A stretch of DNA of 9,341 bases from Fonticula alba ATCC 38817 (Eukaryota > Protista > Nucleariida). The notes below the pieces were generated by a model. That model ran no database searches. It was not told the DNA's origin and was given only the letters and a program-made list of their open reading frames with translations. This document shows, in pieces, positions 1 to 8,101 of this stretch. Where the stretch lies: NCBI GenBank assembly GCA_000388065.2, contig KB932204.1. One strand, given 5' to 3'. The translations under genes were made by a program, and so were the position numbers. The stretch's first letter is position 1. Each line of letters opens with the position of its first letter.

Positions 1-20
1 ACACACACACACACACACAC
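1..20 (+). repeat. (AC)10 microsatellite, truncated by the window edge, probably intronic
   Basis: Directly visible; lies just upstream of the putative acceptor at 43-45. Confidence 0.95.
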
Positions 21-45
21 ATGTAAACGCCTATACCGACGTCAG

Positions 46-1658
46 GCGCCCCGGCCCGGAACGCATCGCCACCGCCCGAGCGCTTGACATCGGCGGCTCT
101 GGTGCGACCGGCTGGCGGGCGCCCCGAGCCTGTGCCCCCTCCCCGGCGTACTTTCGGCCTGGGCGGGCGCGGCCGCGGGTCGGCCGGCTCGCCGGTGGCC
201 GCCGGGTACCATCTGACCGAGCAGCAGGCGTCGCCCTACTTCCTGGCCAGCCCGGAGCCGGGGCCCGGGTCGGCGCGGTCGGACCCCCTGCAGTCGGCGG
301 CCCCCCCACGACGGGATCTGTCCCTGTTCCCGGACTTGCGCCGGGCAGCGGAGGGCCTGGACGAGCTGGACAGCATTGACCTGGTGGATGACGACGAGGA
401 TGAGGAGGTGTTTGGATGTCGGCCGCCGCCGCTGCCGGATCTCTTCCGGTCCAACTCGGCCCCGGGGTCCATCAATGCCCAGAGCGCCACTCTGCTATCT
501 TCGTCGTATTCCTCCTCCTCCTCCTCCTCCTCTTTCAGTTACTTTTCGGCGGGATCGACCCCGGGGTCCGGGAGGCGGCCCGGCGGGGCCCCGGGTACCG
601 GGGGCTTCCCTCGGTCGCACTCCAGCGGCGACTCCACCAGCAGCCCGAGCGGGTCGCTGCTGCTGAGCTCCTTCTCCTCGCCCGGGAGTTTGAATCGCGA
701 GTCGGCATCGACGCGGCTCTTTGCACGGGGCACCCGGCACCACCAGCGGGCAGCCGGGCCGGCTGGGACCGGGCTGCTGCCGCGGTCACGGTCGGCTCAG
801 CGCGTGGGGCCCGGGGCCGGGGCCGACGGTGTGCATGGGGCGTCGCCCTGGGCCGGGGGGTCTGCAGGGGCCATGTCCCCGCGGGTGTCCAGCGGCGAGG
901 CTGACAGCGTGGGGCTCGAGCTTGAGGTGTCGGCGTCGCCCATCTCCCCGAGTGCCTACTTTGCGCAGATGCGCCTGCATGCGCCGGGGTCCCCGACCCC
1001 GGTGGTGGACGACCTGGATGCCCGGTGGAAGCGTGCGCGCTCTGGCCCGCGGAGCCCGGCCGGGCTTGATCCTGGCACCATGTCCCGGGCACAGGTCATT
1101 GGCATGATGGCCAGCACGCGCGGGCGCGCTGCCTCCCTCGGTGCGCCCTCGGCCGGGGAGCCGGCCGGGCGCTCGGAGGAGGGAGGCGACATGGCCATGT
1201 GTGAGGCTGGCGATTCGTCGGCGGCTGGCGGTGGGCCCTTGCGGGCGGGCTCGCGCACAGGCAAGACCCCTGGCTCGAGTGGGGGCTTTGTTCCGGCCTC
1301 GCCGGTTCCGGGCCAGGCCTCCATGGAGCAGCTGCTCAGTCGGTTCCGCTACCAGGGTCCCTCGGGGACGATGTCCGCCGACGAGCAGCGGCCGGTCAAC
1401 CGGGCCCTGCAGCTGGCCATGGCGACGGGGCCCGAGCTGTCGGGAGTCACCGCTGTCGGCGGCGACGGCGGCGGCGGCACCGGCGGCGATGGCGGCGGCA
1501 CCGGCGTCAGGGCCAGCCCCGGGCCTGTGCCCGTCTTCTCCAGCACGGTGGGCTCGTTGCCCGGGGCGGCGGCGGCCGTGGAGCAGGCCCTGCTCGCCAG
1601 CCGGCAGGGGTTCGCCAGCAGCCCGACGGCGGACTTCCTGCGGTCACGCCTTCCCTAG
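46..1658 (+). CDS. Terminal exon of a 5'-truncated hypothetical protein, Ser/Gly/Pro/Ala-rich and probably disordered (~537 codons)
   Basis: The frame is open from 27 to the TAG at 1656-1658 and codons mostly end in G/C. The track start at 84 is TTG, not ATG; the first in-frame ATG is at 873. A CAG at 43-45 after a (CA)10 tract is a plausible splice acceptor. No domain is recognisable. Confidence 0.65.
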
Positions 1659-1701
1659 TCCCCTGGCCTTGCTTCTTGCGCCTGCGACCGCGCATGCAGC
1701 T

Positions 1702-1724
1702 CCCCCCCCCCCCCCCCCCCCCCC
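1702..1724 (+). repeat. C23 homopolymer in the 3' UTR/intergenic region
   Basis: Directly visible. Confidence 0.95.
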
Positions 1725-1990
1725 TCCGACCCCCACATGCGGCGTGCGATCATCAAATGTATCCTCGACACACGGACCCCCTGCGGGGAGCATTCCCCAC
1801 CTGGGGGTGGGTCGGCCCGATCGAGGGCACTTTGGGAAGGGGCATCTTCTGAAAGCCGCCCCTTTGGGATGCGCATTCCCGATGGAGCGGGGGCTGTGGC
1901 AGAGGACACGAGGGCAGGGCATTGTACGACGCGACACAGGCCGCCACGGCAATGGAGCGCGGGGGGCACATATGGCTGGGAGGGAGGGGG

Positions 1991-2040
1991 AACATGTATG
2001 TATGTAGTTGTATGTGTTGTGTGTATGTGTACGTTTACAT
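1991..2040. terminator. Putative bidirectional 3'-end processing element (overlapping TATGTA/TACATA, TG-rich)
   Basis: The most AT-rich stretch between the two convergent stop codons. TATGTA at 1997-2002 and 2001-2006 matches the yeast TAYRTA efficiency element on both strands. I found no AATAAA in the interval. Confidence 0.3.
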
Positions 2041-2122
2041 GGCTGTACAGGGAGGGGGGGGGGAGGGGGAGGGACACACATGCATCCGGAAGGAGAGGGA
2101 GGATAGGGGAGGGGAGATCCGG

Positions 2123-2266
2123 TCACGTCCCACGGGCCGCCGCCAGGGAGTCCCGCGAGGCGTGGAGGTCCAGCTCCTCCTCGTACTTGTCTAGCATGGT
2201 GTTGATCATGATGCACCACTCCTCGGCGTCGTTGGCCAGGGACTCCAGGTAGTATGTCCGGGTTGG
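2123..2266 (-). CDS. PDK1: PDK1 exon 11 (PTRTYYLESLANDAEEWCIMI..., stop TGA)
   Basis: Acceptor CAG 2267-2269, CTGAC at 2292-2296. Encodes the last PH strand and C-terminal helix Trp; 47 aa plus stop. This exon is absent from the ORF track. Confidence 0.92.
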   Translation of the reverse strand, partial: PTRTYYLESLANDAEEWCIMINTMLDKYEEELDLHASRDSLAAARGT

Positions 2267-5200
2267 CTGGTCATGGGGGGGGGGGGGGGGCGTCAGGAGG
2301 CGTGCGGGAGCATGCGAAAGGAGGATGGGCCGGGTCCACGTACAGTGTGCAGGAAGAAGGTCCGGTTGCTCTTCTGTTCGGGCTTCAGTTGGGTCGACAG
2401 GGGGATCTCCCCGCGGACGAGCAACTGCACGGCATCGGCGTTTTGCAGGCGGAGAGGAGGGGGCGCAAAAGCCAAGGTCAGTGCGAGGGCAGAGCGCGAG
2501 GGCAGATGAGGCATGGGCCTGGGGAAAGGGTGCGCGAGGGCAAGGAGGAGGAGGAGGAGGAGGAGGTGGGCACAGGATGTCCGGCGTCGCACCTTTTCCG
2601 GGCAGATGTACAGCAGCCGCGGCCGGTCGGTCAGCAGGAGCTGGCGCGTCTTGGCGAATAGCCCCCGGCGCTTGTTGATTGTCCCGCAGTATACCATGGA
2701 CTCGCCGCTGGACAGGAAGGCATTCCTACAGGCAGGCAGGGGGGCAGGGGGGAGGTAGGCGTCAGAGAAGAGGACTCTCCGGGGGCCGAGGCAGGGGGAA
2801 AGTACTGCGGCATGAGGCCCCCCCTCCCGGCGGGCTGCGAGGGTCAAATGCGGCAACATACCACTTGGTAGAGGGCTCGGGCTTTGTGCCGTCGGTCTGC
2901 GGGGCGAAGGGCCCGGACACCGGCGGCATAGGCGTGGCCGGGTGTGACCGAGCCACATGTCGCGGGTCTATGCTCTCGGTGTCGCTGGTGACCACGTCGT
3001 CGTCGTAGTAGTCGTCGAAGTCGCTGTCCGGGTGCTTGTTCTCGGAGGCGTGCTCGCTGGCCTTGTCGCGCTCGTAGCTCATCACGCTGGAGGCCGGGCC
3101 ACGCAACGCCGCGCGGAAAGCAGATCATGCGACGAGGGGGGGAAGGGAGGGGGCAGGATGGTGGGACAGCGTGCACGTTAGCTCGGCCCGGGCATGCGCG
3201 CATGGCGGCGGCACAGGGGCATCCACATGGCGGCAGCGCACCTGATGCTGTCATCGAACTCGGACCGCCACTCCGGCTCGTCAGATGTGGCTGGCAGATA
3301 GGGCGCGATCTGGGCGGGTAGGTGGGCGGGCAGGCGACAGGGGCGCTCAGCGTCAGCGGCAGTGCACAAAAAGCCGGGGCAAAAGGGGAAGGCAGCCGGC
3401 GGGCGGCGCGGTCGCACCTTGGGCGGGACCTGGAGGTGGAGCCCCTCCCAGTCGATGCCCTTGTAGAGGGGGTGCGCGCGGATGGATTTGTAATTGGCCT
3501 CGCCGCTGCCCAGGCGCTGGAGGTAGTCCGGCACCAGGAGACGCTCGACCAGGTCGCGCGCCGTGTCCGGGAAGAGGTCCGGGAAGGAGTACTCCATGTT
3601 GATGATGCGCTGGAAAGTCAGGTAGTCGTTGGCCCCGCGGAAGGGCGGCCGGCCGGACAGCAGCTGGTAGATGATGCACCCGAAGGACCAGAGATCCGAG
3701 GCGGTGGTGGTGTACTTCTGCTGCAGCAGCTCCGGGGACACGTACTCCGCCGTGCCGACAAAGGAGTGCGCCCGGAGGAGGCGCGAGTCGCGCTCGCACA
3801 GCAGGTCACACCGCTCCTTGCTGAGGCTGCAGGCGGGCGAGCACCCGGCCATGTGCCCGGCACAGGGGATAGCCCCGGCGGCGGACCCCGGCCGGCTGGC
3901 CTCCAAACTGGAGGAGGATCCGCTGGCCGAGGTGCTGGACCCGGCGGGCGGGGGTAGCTGGGCCAGCTCATCCCGTGTGAAGAGCTTGGCCGTGCCGAAG
4001 TCCGCCAGCTTGATGTGCATATTGGCGTCGAGCAGGATGTTCTCGGGTTTGAGGTCGCTGTGTGTGTGTGTGTGGGGTGGGGGGTGGGTGGGTGAGTGGA
4101 TGCATGGTTGACATGTGCGTCGCCCGCGAGCAAGGGGGAGCAGGGGGGGGGATGAGCGAGAAGGGGCCGGGCGTCAGGACATGCTGCTGGGATGGCGTCG
4201 GTGCAGGGGGCACGATGGCGCACCGGTGGATGATCCCCAAGTTGTGGATATAGGCGATGGCTGCCAGAATTTCGGCCGAGTAGAAAACTGTGCACTCGAG
4301 GTCGAAAGAGCCAACCTGCGGACACAGGAACCCCCCAAAGGGAAAGAGACGCGAGGACCGCCATGCACGGGACAGATGTGAGCGATTGCCAGGGACATTC
4401 GCCGAGGCGCGCGGCTTTGAAAAAAAAAAGACCACAGGCCACAGGCGCAGGGGGGCCGCCCGGGCAAACGAACCTTCTTCAGCCAGTCGAGGAGCTCCCC
4501 GTTGGGCATCAGATCAAGGACAAAGTCTATGCTCGGGCGACAGACGGCCGACCAGGGGGCGAGAGGCACATATGTCAGGGTCAGGAGACGGAGCCGTGCA
4601 GGCGGAAGGGCTGGCGGCCGGCGGTGGCGGGCAGCCTGGCAGCAGGGGGAGGGGGGGGGGACGCTGGGTCGTGGCGCGTACACAAGTTATACGTGTCCTG
4701 GAAGGTGTAGTGAAGACGAATGGTATGGATGAAGCAGTCTCGGCCGAGCTGATGCAGGACGTCCTTCTCCACATTGACATACTTGACCTTCTTGTGGCGA
4801 ATGACGTGGGCCTTGCTGACGACCTTGATGGCGAACTCACGCCCGGTGCCGACTTCCACGGCATGGACAACCTGCGCGGAGGGGAGGAGTGCAGGCGGTG
4901 AGGGGGGGGGGGGGGGGGGGAAAGCCCCGGGGCCAGAAGGGCGGCATGGGCGAGCAGGTGTCAGGCGGCTGGAGCTCGCTGTCCCAGGCCCGCGCCGGGA
5001 GGCAAAGGAGGCAAGTGGGCAGCGCGAGGAAGGTCCGAAAGGAAGAGGAAGAGAGAGAGGGAGGGGGGGGGGGGAGGGAGGGAGCGGCACGAACCGACGA
5101 GTAGGACCCCTCACCGAGGGTGTGCCCCATGCGGAACTCACTGGGGACACGCTTGCGCGGGGAGGGGGGCACCGCGCCGGCGGGATCGGCTCCATGTGGC

Positions 5201-6269
5201 GGAGCCGGCGTCGTGGGCATCGGCAAGTCCGGCGGGTGGTAGGGGGGCGTGCTGGTGGCAACGGCCGGCCGGCCGGCCGGAAGGGGGGGCCGCGAGCGCG
5301 GCGGCGCCATTGCCGAGCCCGGGTCCTGGGCCTGGTGCTCGTCCTCCTCCCGCGGCGAGGGGAGGCGCGTCTGGATGGCCGCCGGCTTGGGCGGGGCGTC
5401 TGAGCGCAGGCCGGGCCTGTGGTCCGAGCCCCGGAGATCGAGCATGTGTGCGTGCGTCCATGCGTGTGTGTGAGCGAGCGAGAGGGGGCGGGGCGGGGGC
5501 GGGGGCGGGGGCGGGGGCGAGAGAGAGAGAGAGGGACAGGGGGAGAGGATGCGTGTGGGTGTTCAGGGCAGGAGCAGGCCTCGAGCCGATGGCCGAGGAA
5601 GGGCGGCCGGCCAGGCTGCACGCACGGGAGATCGACGGCCGGGGCGGCGGCCGGGCCCCCGGCCGGAGCCGGGTCCTGCAGGCGGAAGGACGACAGGGAG
5701 CTAGCCAGAGCGGCCTCGGTGCGCAGGTGGCGCACGGAGCGCGTGGCCGCCGTATTGTCGATGGGCGAGGAGTCCCGATCGGAGGAGCTGCCGGTGCCGG
5801 TGCCGGTGCCGGCCCCGGCCGGGGCGAGCATCAGCTCCGGCGAGAGATCCGCCGTGCCGAGGGTGGTCGGCCGGGCGCGGAAGCTGGCCCGGCCGCCGAT
5901 GATGGCCATGGACGGCGGCCTCGGGGTGGACACCTCGGCCCCGGAGGGCGTGGTCCAGTGGGAGGGCAGCTGCTCGGCGCGCGCCGGCGAGCCCGGACAG
6001 CCGAAGGTGTCGGTCGGATCGCGCGGGCCCCGGTCGGTGGCCGACCCGCCCAGCGGCACATCCGGCAGCTGGCTGGTGGAGACGGGCCGCGAGGCGGGGC
6101 CCCCGCCGGGAGATGGCCCGCCCCCGGGGGTGGCCGGCCCGCCGGGGGCATCGGCCCCGGCGGTCGAGCGGGCCTGCACCGCCGAGGAGGTCCGCCGGCG
6201 GAAGGTGAACCCCAGACTGGCGGCCAGCGAGGAGCTGGACGAGCTGTCGGCCGGGCCTGCCTCGGCTGG

Positions 6270-6301
<32 letters not shown>

Positions 6302-7397
6302 GGGCCCCCCCGCGCGCGGCCTCCGGCGAGTGGCTGGCCGACGAGCAGCTGGACGAGGAGGCCGAGGCCGAGGTGCCGATCTGCGACGGCCGCCGCGGCA
6401 CCAGCCAATCGCGCAGATGGTGCGACAGCGAGGCCGAGGTGGAGCGTGACTCGCCGTCGCTCCGGCCGCCGGGGCCTCCGCCATCGGACTCGGCGCCGGA
6501 GTCGCGCCCGGCAACGGCGGCGCCGGGCCTCGGTCCGGCCACGGCGACGCCGCTGTCGCTCATGGTCCCGACGGCCGTCGGGAAGACCACCCCCGGCGAA
6601 AGGGCCAGCGAGTCGCTGGAGGCGTCATACGTCGCCGGGGTGGGGCTGACGAAGAAGGCCGCCGGCGAGACGGCCGCCGACGAGTGGCATGAGGGGGCCG
6701 ACGAGCAGGGGGCCGACGAGCAGGAGGTCGACGTGGCCGCCGGTGCGGCATTCAATGGGCAGGGGGCCGCGCGCGGGCGCACCCCCCCCTCGGAGGGCGT
6801 GGCCATGGGCCGGCCGCGGTCGCGGCATGGCGGCGCGCAGGTCACGGCCCCGGGCCCGGCCGACGACAGGCCCGACAGGCCGTCCGGCGCCGACCGCGAG
6901 TGCGGCAGGCCCGCCGGAGGGGGGCCGCTGCCGGGCATGGCCGGGCCCAGGCCGGCCGGTGGGCCCGATCCGACAGGCTCTCCGGGCGCCGCCGGGCCGG
7001 CCACCACGGTCGGTGTGTGTGGCGGCGATGGGTCGGGCGTGGCATCGTCCTGGGCCACCGATGGCCCCGGGGTCAGGGGTCTCCCCGGGGTGGGGCTAGA
7101 CGCGGCCGCCGTGGCCGCAAGGTATGGGGGCTCCAGTGTCGCGCGCTGGACTCCGTGGAGGGAGGACACGGGTGTCGGTGTGGGGGCCGAGAGGAGGGGA
7201 GAGGGAGGAGGCGGGGGGGGGGGGAGAGAAGGAGAGCGGAGAGAAGGAGAGGGGAGAGAGGGGAGGGGCCAGGCGGCCCAGGTGGCAGGAGGAGCGGGGG
7301 AGGGGGGAGAAGGAGGAGGAGCAGGGCGGGCAGGGCGGCGGGAGGCGGGAGGCGGGGTTGCTGGATGATCTGGCCGGGGGTGACCACGCCTCAGCAT
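2123..7397 (-). CDS. PDK1: 3-phosphoinositide-dependent protein kinase 1 (AGC/PDK1 family; Pkh/Ksg1 homologue), spliced: join complement(5626..7397, 5095..5416, 4682..4871, 4474..4526, 4224..4315, 3418..4057, 3242..3309, 2862..3086, 2593..2725, 2344..2424, 2123..2266); start codon uncertain
   Basis: The spliced translation has all kinase motifs in order: RKRVPSEFRMGHTLGEGSYSS|VVHA, FAIK, VNVEKDVL, TFQD, NGELL, IIHR|DLKPENILLD, DFGTAK, RAHSFVGTAEYVSPELL, DLWSFGCIIYQLLSGRPPFRGANDYLTFQRII, and PPK|IAPYLP. The PDK1-type PH domain follows: KRRGLFAKTRQLLLTDRPRLLYI, GEIPLS, TFFLHT|PTRTYYL. All 10 introns are GT..AG with matching phases; exon lengths sum to 3720 nt. Confidence 0.93.
2344..2424 (-). 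CDS. PDK1: PDK1 exon 10 (LLVRGEIPLSTQLKPEQKSNRTFFLHT)
   Basis: Acceptor CAG 2425-2427, donor GTACGT 2343. Aligns by eye to the PDK1 PH segment VLKGEIPWS...TFFVHT. Confidence 0.88.
2543..2566 (+). repeat. (AGG)8 microsatellite in the PDK1 intron at 2425..2592
   Basis: Directly visible; reads (CCT)8 on the sense strand. Confidence 0.9.
2593..2725 (-). CDS. PDK1: PDK1 exon 9 (PH domain N-half, KRRGLFAKTRQLLLTD)
   Basis: Acceptor TAG 2726-2728, CTGAC branch-like site 2761-2765, donor GTGCGA 2592. Split Trp codon TG|G. Confidence 0.92.
2862..3086 (-). CDS. PDK1: PDK1 exon 8 (acidic/Pro-rich linker between kinase and PH domains)
   Basis: Acceptor CAG 3087-3089 is the first AG after branch-like GCTAAC (3177-3182). 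Donor GTATGT 2861. Phases match on both sides. Confidence 0.8.
3242..3309 (-). CDS. PDK1: PDK1 exon 7 (IAPYLPATSDEPEWRSEFDDSI)
   Basis: Acceptor CAG 3310-3312, donor GTGCGC 3241. Joining gives PPKIAPYLP, the PDK1 post-kinase motif. Confidence 0.85.
3418..4057 (-). CDS. PDK1: PDK1 exon 6 (DLKPEN, DFG, activation segment with insert, C-lobe, ...QVPPK)
   Basis: Acceptor CACACAG at 4058 onward, donor GTGCGA 3417. Matches ORF 3178..4020. Confidence 0.93.
4224..4315 (-). CDS. PDK1: PDK1 exon 5 (VGSFDLECTVFYSAEILAAIAYIHNLGIIHR)
   Basis: Acceptor CAG 4316-4318, donor GTGCGC 4223. Split Arg codon CG|C. Confidence 0.93.
4474..4526 (-). CDS. PDK1: PDK1 exon 4 (YFVLDLMPNGELLDWLKK, hinge)
   Basis: Acceptor TAG 4527-4529, donor GTTCGT 4473. 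The split Tyr codon T|AC restores the frame. Confidence 0.93.
4682..4871 (-). CDS. PDK1: PDK1 exon 3 (VVHAVE...FAIK...EKDVL...TFQDTYNL)
   Basis: Acceptor CAG 4872-4874, donor GTACGC 4681. Encodes kinase subdomains II-IV. Confidence 0.93.
5095..5416 (-). CDS. PDK1: PDK1 exon 2 (Pro-rich linker and Gly-rich loop GEGSYSS)
   Basis: Acceptor CACAG at 5417-5421 is the first AG after GCTCAC (5470-5475). Donor GTTCGT at 5094. Confidence 0.85.
5484..5532 (+). repeat. (G4-5C)x6 followed by (GA)7 in the PDK1 intron at 5417..5625; G-quadruplex-capable
   Basis: Directly visible; six G-tracts separated by single C. Confidence 0.85.
5626..7397 (-). CDS. PDK1: PDK1 exon 1 (low-complexity Pro/Ser/Ala/Gly N-terminal extension); 5' boundary uncertain (ATG at 7397, ATG at 7580, or splice acceptor at 7146-7148)
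   Basis: Long open frame (part of ORF 4581..7580). It ends at donor CC|GTGCGT (5625), phase 2, matching the next acceptor. ATG at 7397 has A at -3 (AAGATG). Confidence 0.6.
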
Positions 7398-7717
7398 CTT
7401 CAGTGGGCGGCGATCTTCCCTCGCCGGATGCCTGGCGGGGTGGCGGTGGCGGGAATGGGGGTGGCTTCCCCGCGCCACTCTCCGGCCCTCCCCTGGTGGC
7501 CGGCAAGTGTGTGTGTGGGGGGGGGGGGGGGCCGTGCGGCATCTAGGGCGCTGTCCGACACCGGCGCCGGGGCCGGGCATCTCGGCTTCCCCGGCGCTGG
7601 CTCAATCAGCCAGCGACCCGGGAGAGAAGGGGCGGGGGACTCGGTGCGTCTCCCCCCCCCCCCAGGGGTGCTGGCGGGGGGCGGGACCCAGCACAGGGGC
7701 GAGAGGGGGACACGGAC

Positions 7718-7776
7718 CATGCCCCGAGCGGCAACGGGCTGCCAATCGGCCTCGGGGGGATCAGTGCCCCGGCGTC

Positions 7777-7831
<55 letters not shown>

Positions 7832-7861
7832 GCCGCCGCCGCCGGGGGCTGATGGGTGCAT
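7718..7861 (-). CDS. Candidate alternative first exon of PDK1 or uORF (MHPSAPGGGG-A18-GRRGTDPPEADWQPVAARGM)
   Basis: ATG at 7859-7861, 48 codons, followed by donor-like GTCCGT at 7717. It is in frame with the CAG acceptor at 7146-7148. Confidence 0.35.
7777..7843 (+). repeat. Interrupted (CCG)n trinucleotide repeat: about 18 perfect units plus ~4 more; reads CGG on the PDK1 sense strand
   Basis: Directly visible. Confidence 0.95.
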
Positions 7862-8081
7862 GCGAGCGCCGGTCCTTGCCGCCGGCCGCCCAGAGCTAGA
7901 CCCTTGGCGGGGGTGACACGGACACCACCCCCAGCGGGCAGAGCCCCTGGCTGGCGGGGGCGCGGGGCCCCGGGCGCGAGGGGGGCGGCAACCACCGGGC
8001 GTAGGTGGGGGATCTCCCGGCCCGTGGGGCCGGGTCGGGCGCGCCGGCACACGCGCACATGTGAAGGAACGCGCACGTACG

Positions 8082-8101
8082 CACACACACACACACACAC
8101 A
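8082..8101 (+). repeat. (CA)10 microsatellite
   Basis: Directly visible. Confidence 0.95.

Noticed and set aside
21-29. ATGTAAACG, also present on the minus strand at 2032-2040 (TGTAA is a chlorophyte poly(A) signal)
   Set aside because: Two 9-mers next to CA-rich DNA. The first lies upstream of an apparent coding exon, so it cannot be separated from chance.
2425-2448. LQNADAVQ as part of the PH exon
   Set aside because: There is no AG upstream of it within that stretch, and the acceptor at 2425-2427 restores the ungapped PDK1 alignment.
2990-3035. Acidic DFDDYYDDD motif as the equivalent of human PDK1 Y373/Y376
   Set aside because: Its position relative to the PYLP motif does not align, so the similarity is only compositional.
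3178-3241. Stop at 3178-3180 as the end of the kinase gene, or a pseudogene interpretation
   Set aside because: The stop lies inside an intron. Splicing at 3241 continues in frame to the PH domain, and no frameshift or premature stop remains in the spliced CDS.
5419-7368. 649-aa plus-strand ORF
   Set aside because: It is the antisense shadow of PDK1 exon 1. High GC suppresses stop codons, and there is no recognisable domain.
4581-7580. 999-aa ORF taken as a single protein
   Set aside because: It reads through introns and joins exon 1 to exon 3 by chance of frame, skipping the Gly-rich-loop exon, which is in another frame.
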